From the NCBI GenBank assembly GCA_000165345.1, contig CM000432.1:640001-704000 (forward strand): a stretch of 64,000 nucleotides of DNA, written 5' to 3'. The notes under the pieces were generated by a model that was not told the origin of the DNA, ran no database searches, and saw only the letters and a program-made list of their open reading frames with translations. Positions within the stretch are counted from its first letter, which is position 1; the number at the start of each line of letters is the position of its first letter. The translations under genes were made by a program, and so were the position numbers. This document shows positions 1-11,417 of this stretch, piece by piece.

Positions 1-16
1 TAATCAAGTATTTCTA

Positions 17-1183
17 ATGACACTTTGTGCAGCTGCTATGTTCCCATTCTCTCTCAGAAAAGAGCTTCAAACAACTAGACATATTAGCTGGTTATCATTG
101 ATCGCAGGTTTTCTATTTGCAATAACAGTCATTCAATATTACTTTTACTTTGGAGCATCCTTGGATCGCGGAAAGGTTGTTTGGTGGAATGCAGACATTA
201 AATTGTTGCCTTGTATAAAGATGCTAACTGTTTCTTGTTTTACGTTTTCTAATCATGAAAACTCACCCGCTTCTGCATATGAGCTTTTAAACCCCACAAC
301 AAGCAGGATACTTGCTCTTTCTAGTACTGTTTCGATATCAAGTTTTATATTATTTTCAGTTATTACAGTATTCTCCTATCTAACATTTGGGGAACTGACA
401 TTACAGAGCGTAGCATCAAACTATGGCAATGAAGGTAAATTGCTCATTTTATCGAAAGTTTTTTTGAGTATATCTAACTTAGTAGCTTGTACTCTTTCGC
501 TTCATGCTGCAATTTCATCATTATCAAATATTATAATAGCACTTAAAGGGAATTCACATGACATTTTTGACAATAAATTAACTGGTCAATCCACAACTGT
601 AACTGAGCCTGTAGGGTACAACCAGTTTTCAACAAAAGGATCTTCGTGCTCATCTACAAATACCTATAGCCGTTCCTCTCTCTTAAGTACACTCGATAAT
701 ATTGAAAGGCACGAATGCTTTCTAAGTCTTGATGAAAAAAACACGAACACAATTTCAGATACCTCAAATATATTTGATGCCTCCGTACTAGATTCTCTGG
801 AAAATGGCAAAAATAAATCAAATAATACTTGCAAGGCCAGAATCCCCATGAATACTCATAAACAGAGAAATGACTCAGAGGCACAAACATCTGTGGATAC
901 GAAAGTAAGAGCAATTATTGTATTCTTATTCCTAGTTTTTTCGATCTTTTTGGCAACTAATTTACAGGATTTGTTGTTGCTTGTAGAAGTTGCAACTGGT
1001 TTATTTGAAACTATAATCTGCCTTGTTTTTCCAGCTGTAGTATATTTGAAGTTATTCAAATATATATTCATTTGCGACAAGTACTTATCTAGGCCTGTCT
1101 TTATACTTCTTACATTTATTTGCTCACTTGGTTGTTTTACGGCTTCCATTTCAGCAATATTTAGTGTCCGTAGAACTCATTAA
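17..1183 (+). CDS. C-terminal portion (probably 5'-truncated by the window edge) of a multi-pass membrane protein, amino-acid transporter (AAAP/SLC38-like) family
   Basis: The reading frame is open back to nt 2, so the true start is probably upstream of the window. It has several hydrophobic helices, a roughly 140-aa hydrophilic Ser/Thr/Asn-rich loop, and a C-terminal helix 'VEVATGLFETIICLVFPAVVYLKL'. That helix resembles the conserved last TM segments of Aa_trans transporters (for example GATSSTALSFILPGLFYLKL). Confidence 0.4.
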   Translation: MTLCAAAMFPFSLRKELQTTRHISWLSLIAGFLFAITVIQYYFYFGASLDRGKVVWWNADIKLLPCIKMLTVSCFTFSNHENSPASAYELLNPTTSRILALSSTVSISSFILFSVITVFSYLTFGELTLQSVASNYGNEGKLLILSKVFLSISNLVACTLSLHAAISSLSNIIIALKGNSHDIFDNKLTGQSTTVTEPVGYNQFSTKGSSCSSTNTYSRSSLLSTLDNIERHECFLSLDEKNTNTISDTSNIFDASVLDSLENGKNKSNNTCKARIPMNTHKQRNDSEAQTSVDTKVRAIIVFLFLVFSIFLATNLQDLLLLVEVATGLFETIICLVFPAVVYLKLFKYIFICDKYLSRPVFILLTFICSLGCFTASISAIFSVRRTH

Positions 1184-1189
1184 TTATAT

Positions 1190-2272
1190 TTAGGTATCTA
1201 GAATTGCCTGTCTAATTAATTGCTTTTGTGCATCATTCAGTTCTGATGGCATTTTGAACTTTAATGTTACATATAAATCACCATATTCATTTGTGTTGCG
1301 AATTGGCATTCCCTTATTCTTGACCTTAAGTACATCTCCAAATGAAGTTATGCCATTCTTCTCAATATTTATATTTTTTCCATCAATATACTTCAATGGA
1401 AGATTAAACCCTAGCAAAGCATCAGCAAGGGTAATTTCCAAATTGGTATGAAGGTCATTCCCTACCCTTTTAAATTTGTTATTCTCAACCTCAAAAATTA
1501 CAATGATAAAGTCACCAGGCTCCTGATTAAGTTTTTGCTCTCCTGAGCCCTCAAACCTGATTTTGTCGCCAGAATACATTCCTGGATCAATATATGCAGT
1601 TAATTTTGCAGTCTCTAATTCTGTTGGCCCATTGGGGCACTGCTTACAATTTTTATCCCATCCCTTTTTCCTTGCAACACATGTTGGGTCATTAACTTGA
1701 TGTTGAACCATAAATCCAGGGCCCATCTGCTGAGTAAAGAGTTTTGTCCCTGCAGCTGCACAATCACTCCTATTCTTTAAACAATCATTTGCATTTATGC
1801 ACAAAACAGGCCTAATAAATGAAATAGTGATCATTTCTCCAAAATAAAGCTGCTCAAGAGTCATAAATATTTTGAATGTAGAGTCTGGAACCCTATACCT
1901 TTCACCATCTCCTCTCCCTGGCCCCATTCCAAATAGATTTCCGAATCCCATTGAGAAAAGATCAAATGGATCATTGGATTGAAAGCCTTCGAGATGTTGT
2001 TTTAGTCCATCTTCACCAAATTTATCATATATGCCTCTTTTCTCAGGATCAGCTAAAACCTCATAAGCCGTTGCAATCTCCTTAAATTTCTCTGATGCAT
2101 CCGGAGACGGATTTCTGTCTGGGTGATATTTCAAGCTTTTTTGTCTATATGCTTTCTTAATTTCTGTATCACTGGCACTTTTTTTTATCCCTAAAATATC
2201 ATAGTAAGACTTTCCAAAGGTACCATCAAAGAGTTTAAATAGAAATAGTAAAAATATTAATAAACCTCTCAT
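1190..2272 (-). CDS. DnaJ/Hsp40 co-chaperone with N-terminal signal peptide (ER-lumenal ERdj3/DNAJB11-like)
   Basis: A hydrophobic N-terminus ([15 protein letters not shown]) is followed by a canonical J domain '[33 protein letters not shown]...[27 protein letters not shown]'. A Gly/Phe-rich linker ([12 protein letters not shown]) and a Cys-rich segment (CINANDC...C...CKQC) follow, then a C-terminal substrate-binding region. The ATG is at 2272 on the minus strand. Confidence 0.85.
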   Translation of the reverse strand: MRGLLIFLLFLFKLFDGTFGKSYYDILGIKKSASDTEIKKAYRQKSLKYHPDRNPSPDASEKFKEIATAYEVLADPEKRGIYDKFGEDGLKQHLEGFQSNDPFDLFSMGFGNLFGMGPGRGDGERYRVPDSTFKIFMTLEQLYFGEMITISFIRPVLCINANDCLKNRSDCAAAGTKLFTQQMGPGFMVQHQVNDPTCVARKKGWDKNCKQCPNGPTELETAKLTAYIDPGMYSGDKIRFEGSGEQKLNQEPGDFIIVIFEVENNKFKRVGNDLHTNLEITLADALLGFNLPLKYIDGKNINIEKNGITSFGDVLKVKNKGMPIRNTNEYGDLYVTLKFKMPSELNDAQKQLIRQAILDT

Positions 2273-2528
2273 TTCCTATCCTATAAGCTGAACTGATTTC
2301 TTATTATAATTATGCGCCTATTGTTCCATCTTCCCCCACCAATTTCCCCTCATTTACAGCATAATGAAAATTGAGTATTTTTGTATAGCAATTAAATATT
2401 CCCATTCCAATATGATGTTCTTTTTTTATATGGCATAGAAGAATAATTTGCTAAACTACAAATATATAAATCATTGAAAACTCCTGGAAAATAATTGAAA
2501 GTTTGAACTGTTGAAGCTAAATTTCATA

Positions 2529-3815
2529 ATGGCTAGTAGTTCAAAAGAGAAAATAACTCATGTGGGCGTATTCGGAAGTTTTATTAGTGAAGTAGGGCTG
2601 AAAAACATAAAAGAATACAGCTATAAGAGTGGGGGGGTTACATTTTTAGATTATGCAATGAATCCTTTTTGGGAGTTCTTTGCACACCAAATCCCAGAAT
2701 GTATCTCTCCTAACTTGTTGACTATATTCGGGTTTTTATGTTCTCTTATTGCAATGTTATTAACAATGATGACTTGTCCAATGCTAGATAACGCAATTCC
2801 TTTAAACCTCTCATTATTCATATCCCTTCTTTTATTTCTTTATCAGACTTTTGATGCAGCTGATGGAAAACATGCAAGAAGACTGAAAATTAGCTCACCC
2901 TTAGGGCAACTGCTTGATCATGGACTTGATTCATACACAACTATTTTTTTTTCAACAATATTTTGTGCATGTTGCAAGATGGGATGGAGTTATAAATTCT
3001 TTATTTTTTTGTCTATAGTTCAGTTTAAAATGTTCTCATTTATTTGGTTGGAGTGTCACTGTAAGATTTTTCGGTGTTCGTCCTCAGATTATTTAGGAGT
3101 AACAGAAAGCCAGTTGATTGTGATGTTTTTTACAGTTTATTCTTCAACAAATGGTTTTAATATTTTATTTAAGAATTTATTGTTCAATATTTCAACAATT
3201 GATTTAATAATATTATCTATTATTGCTACAGGCTTCATTACACTAATAAATGATATCCTGTCAGGCCTGGATGAGTGTAGAAGCACAACTTCAAAAAAAG
3301 TCGCATCTTTGGAAATTTGTGGTGTATTGTGCCATTTAACGTTCCAATTTCTATTCTTAAGTTCGGGCACATACAAAAAATTCCCGATTATGACTATGTT
3401 CATTTTGACTACAAGCAGTTCAATTGTTGCACTCAGAATGAACGTATCATCATTTACTCTCGAAGAATTACCTTATGTACATTGGCCAGCACTCCCTTTT
3501 TATACTTCTTCGGTATTTCTTTTATTTGGGAGAAATATATTCGGCAAGTTTTTTGACTCACAAATAATATTACTAATTGTAGCATTATGGAATGTAATAT
3601 ATACAATAGATTATGTATCCATTATTATCAATTCAATTTGTCATCATTTAAGCATTTCTCTAATCTCTACAAAAATCTCAAATGGCGATAGTGCGGAAAA
3701 AAATACTTCTGATAAAGCTACAGCTAATAATTTCTCAAATAATCGAGCAGAGGATATAAGTTCAAAACTTAAACTATCTATATCGCGTTCATTTAAGAAG
3801 AATCATCGTAATTAA
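2529..3815 (+). CDS. CDP-alcohol phosphatidyltransferase family enzyme, choline/ethanolamine phosphotransferase (CEPT/CPT/EPT-like)
   Basis: It carries the signature D-G-x2-A-R-x7-8-G-x3-D-x3-D as 'DAADGKHARRLKISSPLGQLLDHGLDS' and has multiple TM helices. The first in-frame ATG is at 2529; the track's 2511 start is a TTG. Confidence 0.85.
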   Translation: MASSSKEKITHVGVFGSFISEVGLKNIKEYSYKSGGVTFLDYAMNPFWEFFAHQIPECISPNLLTIFGFLCSLIAMLLTMMTCPMLDNAIPLNLSLFISLLLFLYQTFDAADGKHARRLKISSPLGQLLDHGLDSYTTIFFSTIFCACCKMGWSYKFFIFLSIVQFKMFSFIWLECHCKIFRCSSSDYLGVTESQLIVMFFTVYSSTNGFNILFKNLLFNISTIDLIILSIIATGFITLINDILSGLDECRSTTSKKVASLEICGVLCHLTFQFLFLSSGTYKKFPIMTMFILTTSSSIVALRMNVSSFTLEELPYVHWPALPFYTSSVFLLFGRNIFGKFFDSQIILLIVALWNVIYTIDYVSIIINSICHHLSISLISTKISNGDSAEKNTSDKATANNFSNNRAEDISSKLKLSISRSFKKNHRN

Positions 3816-4064
3816 ATAAAAATTAACTCAGAATTCGCTATCATTTCCGACTCTCGCCTTAACTAAATCCAAACTTTCTAACGATATACTATTAGACTGA
3901 TAATAAAACACTTAAGTGATTATTATAACCCTTGTGTTTTTGTCTAATATTATTTTCTTTATATTTAAAGGGTTTTATTAATAAAGGTTTTCTGGTCAAG
4001 CTTACGAAATAATTTTATTTTGAAGTTTGGCATTAAACCACAGATGAAGTTAAAAGTAGATAAA

Positions 4065-5201
4065 TTACTTGTCAATTTTTTCAGAGTCGTCTATTGAACT
4101 GGAACTTGACTCTGGTAGTCTGTAGGTTTCGTCATGAAGCCTTTTCGCTATATCAAACTCGCTAATATCTTGTATATTTGAATTTAAAATACCTTCATGT
4201 CCACTTGGATGTTTATCTTGGTCTTCTGAACCTATAGGCTTTGAAAGTTGTTCCGATAATTGATTCATCATTTCAATGAGTGGTATCATGAGAAGTAAGC
4301 TCTTCTGTCTCGGTAGAAGGATATCTATCATATTGAACTCATCATCCAACTTCGTAAAATTCCACATTTGACCAAAATGAGGGTGCCCACGTTTACCAAA
4401 TTCTACCAAAGTAGCATTAAAGTCTAAAAGATCCCCGGGTTTAATTTTAGAAATTTGGGGTAATAAATCCTCATTGAACGTAAGTCCAAGATCTGGTATT
4501 GGATTGCCAGAATTAGTTACAATCTGCGGTGGGTTCATACCTATATAAATAAAATGCTTTTTCCAAAACCCTTCTTGAACCTTTATTACTCTTCCTGTCC
4601 AAGAGACAGTCTTATACTTGTAGCTATCCTCGAATTCTCTAACTGCACGAATAGGATTTCCCAAATACGATTTAACACCGCATGATTCGATGAACATCAT
4701 CCATGAATTTTCTATAGGAGGCCCATGCTCAATATCAGGCAAACCATATATTTTTAACAATGTTCGAAGCGTGGTAAAAACAATTATTGTGAAAAATATC
4801 AAAAATATAGTAATTACATACCTTCTTGTTAAGACAACTGCACAACTCCCACACTTCAGCGTCATTATCTCAGATTTAATTGAAGGACATTTAATACGTC
4901 TGTTCCTGGATATTTTATTTAAGCATCTCGGACAGGTATGAACCGAATCTTGAATTAAAGTCCAGATTAAAGGCAAAATTGGACAACTAATCCAGCCAAT
5001 TATTAGAAATAAGGCAACCGAGGTGATGTAAGTGAACCATGAGCTTTCTAATTCCACTTGTGTAACGATATCTTCCTTACAAAATGGGCAGATGCACTCA
5101 ACCGGGATGTCCTCGAACTTAATGTTAGAATTCTCCTCAATCTCTTCACCATGTTTTACAGGTTCAACCTCAAAATGTATAAGTTTACCTTGAGCCACCA
5201 T
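4065..5201 (-). CDS. LITAF/SIMPLE-like zinc-ribbon membrane protein with C-terminal domain of unknown function
   Basis: The N-terminus has 'CPFCKEDIVTQVE', then a hydrophobic stretch (FTYITSVALFLIIGWISCPILPLIW), then 'HTCPRC'. This is the CxxC-hydrophobic-CxxC arrangement of LITAF domains. A second CxxC pair (CPSIKSEIMTLKCGSC) and a TM helix follow. The C-terminal 250 aa has no recognisable motif. Confidence 0.5.
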   Translation of the reverse strand: MVAQGKLIHFEVEPVKHGEEIEENSNIKFEDIPVECICPFCKEDIVTQVELESSWFTYITSVALFLIIGWISCPILPLIWTLIQDSVHTCPRCLNKISRNRRIKCPSIKSEIMTLKCGSCAVVLTRRYVITIFLIFFTIIVFTTLRTLLKIYGLPDIEHGPPIENSWMMFIESCGVKSYLGNPIRAVREFEDSYKYKTVSWTGRVIKVQEGFWKKHFIYIGMNPPQIVTNSGNPIPDLGLTFNEDLLPQISKIKPGDLLDFNATLVEFGKRGHPHFGQMWNFTKLDDEFNMIDILLPRQKSLLLMIPLIEMMNQLSEQLSKPIGSEDQDKHPSGHEGILNSNIQDISEFDIAKRLHDETYRLPESSSSSIDDSEKIDK

Positions 5202-6456
5202 TAATTTACATAAGTTTCCAAAAATTGTCTATGGCGCAATAAATTACAATAAATGGCGAATTAGATAATGCTCCAAGGATCAGTTCGGGTAAAATAAATC
5301 AAATTAACTGCAAGCCATTGGATAGCAATTAGTTTCACTCTTAGTATTAATAAAATATCTTTTCATTGGGCGTTATTATTTATCAAATGTTTTAACAATA
5401 GGGTGAAATTAATTCAATTAATGAAAATTTTTAGAAACAAAAATTATTATCTTGCAAAAATAGCAAAAAATGTTTAAATTTTCTCTTTTTTGAACATTAG
5501 ATTTGAAAATTCCGAAAAGTGTGATAAATAGCTTTATTTTCATCTTTAAAATGAATAACAAAGAAATTATATTCGCAAAAGTCAAAAATTCCTTAAGCCT
5601 AACCTCGATAAATTTAAGAATTAATCAATTAAGAAATTTAAGTAATTGTGAAGCTTCATGTGTACTGATAAACTAATTACACAAAAAGTAAGGCAAGGCA
5701 AATCAATTACCGACGTATCAAAGCGAACGGCTTCCTATTTAACATTAAATCTTCAAATTATTTTGTGCCTGACAAAGCTATATCAGATAAATAAACTACC
5801 ATTATAGTAAAAATGTAGGTTTAAAACCAGAAATCAGTATCCCTAGGTTCACTAATAGGCAATCTAAAATAAACGGAACGAAATATTTTCACAAATAAAT
5901 ATTGCCAATATACAGTGAAATTCGCTAATGAACAAAAAAAATGTAAAGCAAAAGTAACATCCAATTATCGAACTCTTAAAATAATGGTAGCAATTTTTCA
6001 AGTGAGTTCCATGTTTTTAAACTATAAAAAATAATAGGAATGCTCAAGAATGTAAAAGGGAGCTCTCCATTCTTAAACAAACTTGAGCATATTCTGTACA
6101 CAAAAAGTAGAGATACGCCATTTTATTCGTTTTTCCTTACATTTTGTATTTTGTGTTGCTGCTCACCCATTCTTTAGTTTTTCGGTTCGAAAGTTTTATC
6201 TTAGTTATTTAATTAATAATCGCTCAGTCATGTATGTAAGGATATAGTCGAAGAATTTTTAACTCCACTTTTTCTCAAAGTCTCTAAACTTAGTCGACAA
6301 TTTATCCTAGGAGGAGTTTAATATTCGAATGAAAAATAATAACTTACCTGGTTCGAAGTAATTTGTTTAATTATTAAGTTAGCTGAGTTTCTTATTTCCA
6401 AATTTTGTATGAATAAAGGCTTTAAAAAAAATGAATAGAGTTCGTACGGATAAAAA

Positions 6457-9400
6457 TTAACTTACCAAAATTAAATATAACTGTCCAAGAATTGAAGCTT
6501 GGACTATATTCAATTGTCTCATAAATTCATTCCATTCTTCTTTGACCTCTGTTGGAAAATGTTTTTCAAGGTTCCCAACCATTATTGTATTTTTTAATGT
6601 TGAATAAATGCAATGCGTGTATAAATAGAATAGTTTTCTTATTCTTTCTTGAGATTCTATCTTGATGAAGCGTAGCTTTTCAACGTTTAAGTTGAAGGAA
6701 ATATCGATATTTATTACATATGGCTCCAATGAAAACAGTATTTTGCTAAACTTTGTAACTTCTTTTGTAATAATGTGTTTTTCTCTGTTTTTTATTCTTT
6801 CACTTTTAGAGAATATTCCTTTTATTGCGCTTGCAATATTTTTAAAGAACGCTCTTGGCCCCTTTGAGTTTATGATGAATGGAAATTCTTTAACTGTACT
6901 CTCAAAACTACTAATACTACCTAATAAAAAGTCGTATAAGCATTCAGAGTTTTCCATATCATTTATATAAGGTACTAAGGAGTTTCTTGCAATACCACTA
7001 AAAATTAACATATTTTCTAATAAGCTCTTTAAAGTGTAAAGCTTTGAAGACAAATTTTTAAATACAACTTTATTTCCATTTAAGTTGTGGATGGTCCAAA
7101 TTTCATCAAACAGTGAGCTAATCTCGTAATATATTTTTCTCTCAGCATTATCAATATTGACGAACTGTTTCTGTAATAAACTAAAAAGCTCGTCAATTTG
7201 TATTATTTCAATCACCTTATTGAACAACTTACATCCAATAAATTCAGTTTCCTTCAAAGATAAGATGTTGTTCTTTAAATTGCATCTATCATCCTTCCCA
7301 AAATCAAAGCGGTAATTTTCGTCTATTAGTTCTTTTGTAATAGCAGTCTTTAGTGACGTTCTTCCAAGATTTTTCAGAGTCTTATACAGAAAAATAGTAA
7401 AAGTATTAATTACAATTAACTCATCTCTGTTATTGTAAATTCTAAGTGCAGTTGAAAATAAAATTTTGTTCTTAGTATGGTAATTTGAACCATCATTAAT
7501 GGTATATCTTCTTTTAATAAATATATTTCTTGAAAACGAAATCAATTTATTCAATAGCGATATTTTTGAACGCAGCTTATTTACTGTCATTTTTAAATTA
7601 CTACCAGCAATATCGAATAAATATGGGCCTAAAGAAACTGTAATAGGTATAATTGGGTAAGATGCATCATTTAACTCTCCAACTATTGACTTCTCCAAAA
7701 AAAAGTATCTATCATTGAAAATAAAACTTATAAGTTTTATTTTGAACTTTTCAAGATTTAAAATATAATAATCTGTTAGCTTTAATAATTCATTTAGTCT
7801 AGAATTTATTTCCTCCATCTTTATTCTAATTATCTTGACTATTCCCATTATTACTTGAAACTGTGATAAAAATTTAGTAAAAGAATTTTTAAAGTTAATT
7901 TTTTTATTCACTTTGGATGCACTAACTCTCTCTCTTATTCTTTCAAATAATGAATTTCTGGTAGAAATCAATATTTTTCTTAAAAAATTCTTTGTTAGTT
8001 CATATTTATACTGAAGCGAAACTTGCTTACTTATTTCCAAACCTAAATTATTTTTGCAGTAAATGTATTTTACAAAAATGCTTGTGAATGTGCTTTGATC
8101 AAAATACTCGTTAGTTATCACTTCTCTATGAAGTTTTTTACATTTTTCACTTAAAATATCAGTGTGTTTTTCTTTCAAACTTTGGATTGTTAAATTAATC
8201 AAATTTTTATCTCCATATGTTCCCAATATTATTGCTACTGACATTAACGAGTTACTTAGTTTTGTAATAGATCCTAACAAAATTTCATTTTGTGAAAAAT
8301 TCATTGAATCTATAATAATGTTATAAACTCGAATAGTTTCTTCGATTATATTCATTTCAGCAGGATTTAATTCTAATGAATTTGTAATGGATTCCATAAA
8401 CTTTAGTTCAATAGAGTTATTAATATCCGATTCTTTTTTAGAGTAACGATTAAAAAAAATATTATCGCTTAAATCCAATTCAGAATTGAGCTTTATTCTC
8501 TGTTGTAAATTAAGCCCAATTCTAAACTCTTCATAAAGTTTCAATTTAAAGGCCTTCCAAGAAATACTAGGTTTTGGAGGAGTGTAATGAGAACTGTTAG
8601 GGTGTTTTTCAATAACAAAATGATTCCATACTGACAATAAAAACTTATTTAATTGGTAAATGTGCGAATGAATTTCCTCCAACCACCTAACACCAAGTAT
8701 TGACTCACGCGAAATTCCAACTTCTACATATTGACATTGAATTCGAGAATATAGAGTCAAAAAAATAGAGAAACAGAAAATACACGAGCCATTAATATCC
8801 CTTTCTCCAAAAAAATCCATACACTCATAATTCTCTTTCTCTTCAAGCCGATTCTCATTTAATTTATTTAGAAGTTTATTCGGATGTTTGATTATCGAGT
8901 AAAAATTGATATCAGAAAAAATGGAAGGCTCATCTTTAGAATCAGGGGATATAGATGCTAATGAGACAGCTAAAGAAACTGTTTCAAGTACATATCGTGA
9001 ATAACCCCTTGCAAAGGAAGCCATCTGTAATGCTTCCCATTGTACATGCTTAATATCAGAACTATTTGAATAAAATTTTAACAGTTCGATATTATTACTT
9101 ATTGATGTGCAAATTAAAGCAAACTCGTACGATATTTTTCGAATTTCAGGAACCAAATTTAAAATAGTGTTATCAATAACTTTCCAAGGAATAACAGAAA
9201 TAGTTCTATTAATTTGATCTAAATCAGGAATTAGATTAGAAATTAAATGATTATTTGTTGATACATTAATATCTTCATTACTTGTTTCAAATATTATATC
9301 AGAATTACAATTTGTTGAGTGAATGGGAATTGAATGGATTGTCACACCATTTGTTGAAAATGGTGCAGAAATATTTGATTGTGCAGAGAATGAAGAAATA

Positions 9401-9708
9401 AACGACTCCATAAACAATACGTCATCATCAATTAAACTTTTGCTGAAATTTTTTGAGTTTGACAAATTTGCAGCTAAATCGTATGATTGGTCATTATAAT
9501 TTTCGAGGAGATTAATATGCTCTCTTATACTTTTTATTGTATTGAGTTCTGCATTTGAAGTAATGCCAACTTCAAAGTATTTAACATCGGCATTATATAA
9601 ATTCTTTTCAGATGGGTATTTTGTTTTTCTATTTCTTTTGCAATAACTAGCTGTTAGATTTAAATATATCACTAATATCGAAAGGATGAGCTCTTTTATT
9701 TTAAACAT
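6457..9708 (-). CDS. hypothetical large (1083 aa) Asn/Ile/Lys/Ser-rich protein with hydrophobic N-terminus (signal peptide or anchor)
   Basis: It is a long uninterrupted ORF with a proper ATG. The N-terminus is 'MFKIKELILSILVIYLNLTASYC'. I recognise no catalytic motif. The composition is typical of Cryptosporidium secreted/hypothetical proteins. Confidence 0.5.
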   Translation of the reverse strand: MFKIKELILSILVIYLNLTASYCKRNRKTKYPSEKNLYNADVKYFEVGITSNAELNTIKSIREHINLLENYNDQSYDLAANLSNSKNFSKSLIDDDVLFMESFISSFSAQSNISAPFSTNGVTIHSIPIHSTNCNSDIIFETSNEDINVSTNNHLISNLIPDLDQINRTISVIPWKVIDNTILNLVPEIRKISYEFALICTSISNNIELLKFYSNSSDIKHVQWEALQMASFARGYSRYVLETVSLAVSLASISPDSKDEPSIFSDINFYSIIKHPNKLLNKLNENRLEEKENYECMDFFGERDINGSCIFCFSIFLTLYSRIQCQYVEVGISRESILGVRWLEEIHSHIYQLNKFLLSVWNHFVIEKHPNSSHYTPPKPSISWKAFKLKLYEEFRIGLNLQQRIKLNSELDLSDNIFFNRYSKKESDINNSIELKFMESITNSLELNPAEMNIIEETIRVYNIIIDSMNFSQNEILLGSITKLSNSLMSVAIILGTYGDKNLINLTIQSLKEKHTDILSEKCKKLHREVITNEYFDQSTFTSIFVKYIYCKNNLGLEISKQVSLQYKYELTKNFLRKILISTRNSLFERIRERVSASKVNKKINFKNSFTKFLSQFQVIMGIVKIIRIKMEEINSRLNELLKLTDYYILNLEKFKIKLISFIFNDRYFFLEKSIVGELNDASYPIIPITVSLGPYLFDIAGSNLKMTVNKLRSKISLLNKLISFSRNIFIKRRYTINDGSNYHTKNKILFSTALRIYNNRDELIVINTFTIFLYKTLKNLGRTSLKTAITKELIDENYRFDFGKDDRCNLKNNILSLKETEFIGCKLFNKVIEIIQIDELFSLLQKQFVNIDNAERKIYYEISSLFDEIWTIHNLNGNKVVFKNLSSKLYTLKSLLENMLIFSGIARNSLVPYINDMENSECLYDFLLGSISSFESTVKEFPFIINSKGPRAFFKNIASAIKGIFSKSERIKNREKHIITKEVTKFSKILFSLEPYVINIDISFNLNVEKLRFIKIESQERIRKLFYLYTHCIYSTLKNTIMVGNLEKHFPTEVKEEWNEFMRQLNIVQASILGQLYLILVS

Positions 9709-10051
9709 AATAAAATTCTATTAATTGAAATAGAGAATTAATGGCGCATTCGGCAAAGATTAAAATCTTGACAATTTTTTAGTGGAATATAATCTAACGA
9801 GGGAATTAAAAGTGAAAGCTTATATTTCATACAACTCTTCTACTTACGATATTATTGATAAAGCTTATTTTTTAACTTTTAAACTTTTAATTTTTTTTCC
9901 TTTTCTTCAAGTTTTTCCAGTGTGAAACTTGTGTGAATTAACGCTTATCGTACCATTGCTTTAAAAAAAATAATAAAATATTCGAATCTAGTTATATTGA
10001 ACGTTAGGGACATGGTTTTTATTATCAACCCCCTATATTGGTATTATTACA

Positions 10052-11044
10052 ATGAATTCAAATGTAGGTAGTGAAAGAAAAAATGTAGAATTGAATTTTG
10101 CAAATATTAATCTATCAAACAATAGCTCTTCTATCAAAGATTCGATTAATCTTCAAGATCAAAATAATCTAGACAATTTTTTTACGGAAAATATTACTAT
10201 TTCAGATTCGGAAGATAACATTTCAATTGAATCAAATTTTTCAGAGAATCCTATTCATCAGCTTGATTCTACAGAAAAAACAAGAATTTATGTGCCACTT
10301 TCAATTGAAACTAAAGACGACAATGCATTCTTTTTAAATAGAAGTAAAAGCTTGAAAGATTCCAAAAATCAAACCAAAATTTTATCAAAGCAAAGTGCTG
10401 ATTATATACAAAGTTCTGAGAAAAGACTTAAGAAAAATAGAAAATACAGAATAAAAAAAGATGCAATAAACACGGAATTTGAAGAAAAAGAAAAGAAACA
10501 TAATAAAAAGTCATCATTTTGTTGTTGCCTACAGACTGAAGACAACAAAAAAAATACAAATTCCACCGAAGATCAGGCTCCCAAATTGAGTGATTTTATG
10601 GAGGCCAAATTACAAAATGCAAAAGTAGAAGAGCCTACCGAACAGAAGTCTCTAGAAGACAAACCTAAGAATACAAAAGATATTGGACACAAAATCAATA
10701 AAATTCAGTTAGAGAAGGAACTTGAAAAAAAGTCCCAGTTCATTGAAACTAAACTTAATATTGTTAATGAAAAAAGCCCAAAAAGCAAAAGCCTAGAAAA
10801 TATTTACAAAATATTTGAATATAAAATGAATATTGAAATCCCGAAATTCAATGACTCAATGGATTTGGGGTTCTTGTCAAAAAGATTTGGAGAGAAAGAA
10901 ACCAATCAAAATAAACCATCATCTGTAAAATTTCCAAATTTTTATGAAAAGACAATTACTGAAATTATATCCGATACTCTTAGCTGGTATGAAATGTATA
11001 AATTAAATAGAGTAAAAAGACTAGAGGGAATCTTAGATAGTTGA
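10052..11044 (+). CDS. hypothetical Lys/Asn/Glu/Ser-rich low-complexity protein (330 aa)
   Basis: The ORF has an ATG start and biased composition. Its highly charged central region (KKNRKYRIKKDAINTEFEEKEKKHNKK) lacks a recognisable domain. Confidence 0.45.
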   Translation: MNSNVGSERKNVELNFANINLSNNSSSIKDSINLQDQNNLDNFFTENITISDSEDNISIESNFSENPIHQLDSTEKTRIYVPLSIETKDDNAFFLNRSKSLKDSKNQTKILSKQSADYIQSSEKRLKKNRKYRIKKDAINTEFEEKEKKHNKKSSFCCCLQTEDNKKNTNSTEDQAPKLSDFMEAKLQNAKVEEPTEQKSLEDKPKNTKDIGHKINKIQLEKELEKKSQFIETKLNIVNEKSPKSKSLENIYKIFEYKMNIEIPKFNDSMDLGFLSKRFGEKETNQNKPSSVKFPNFYEKTITEIISDTLSWYEMYKLNRVKRLEGILDS

Positions 11045-11417
11045 GATCGACTGTAAATTTGGTCCCTAAGTCATATTTATCTGGAAGTTTGTTATTTACA
11101 ATCTAGTTATTTTAATGTACTTTTTTGCGATCCATTAATATCGTCCACTGCCGCAAAAAGACATTTCAAAAAATAACACTATGGAATCAATCGAGTTAAA
11201 ACTAACGAATAAATAAACTGTCTTTTACAATGATTAAGAAATATATTAATATTGTAGCCAAAAATGGAGTGAATATTGGCAAAGAAATCATTTGGATTGG
11301 TATTACAACTACTATTACTCTGTGTGTCCCCGTTCTCTATTACTATGAAAAAGAGTGCCAAATGTATGAAATTCACGCGAAAATGCTGCAGGGATAAAAT
11401 AGAATTTACTCTAAAAA

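Noticed and set aside
654-1149. Small minus-strand ORFs (654..914, 664..849, 856..1149) overlapping the transporter-like gene
   Set aside because: They are antisense to a longer ORF with clear membrane-protein character, show no motif, and have atypical composition.
3137-3556. ORFs 3137..3403 (-) and 3317..3556 (+) within the phosphotransferase gene
   Set aside because: They are alternative-frame or antisense overlaps of a gene with a strong family signature.
5688-5700. (AAGGC)2 micro-repeat and other short direct repeats in the 5202-6456 spacer
   Set aside because: They are only two units long and common in low-complexity DNA, so not a meaningful tandem repeat.
6181-6352. tRNA-like T-loop strings GGTTCGAAAG (6184) and GGTTCGAAG (6343); also GGTTCGACCC at 16236
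   Set aside because: The flanks cannot be folded into a T-stem, acceptor stem or anticodon arm. The GGTTCGA heptamer alone is not diagnostic.
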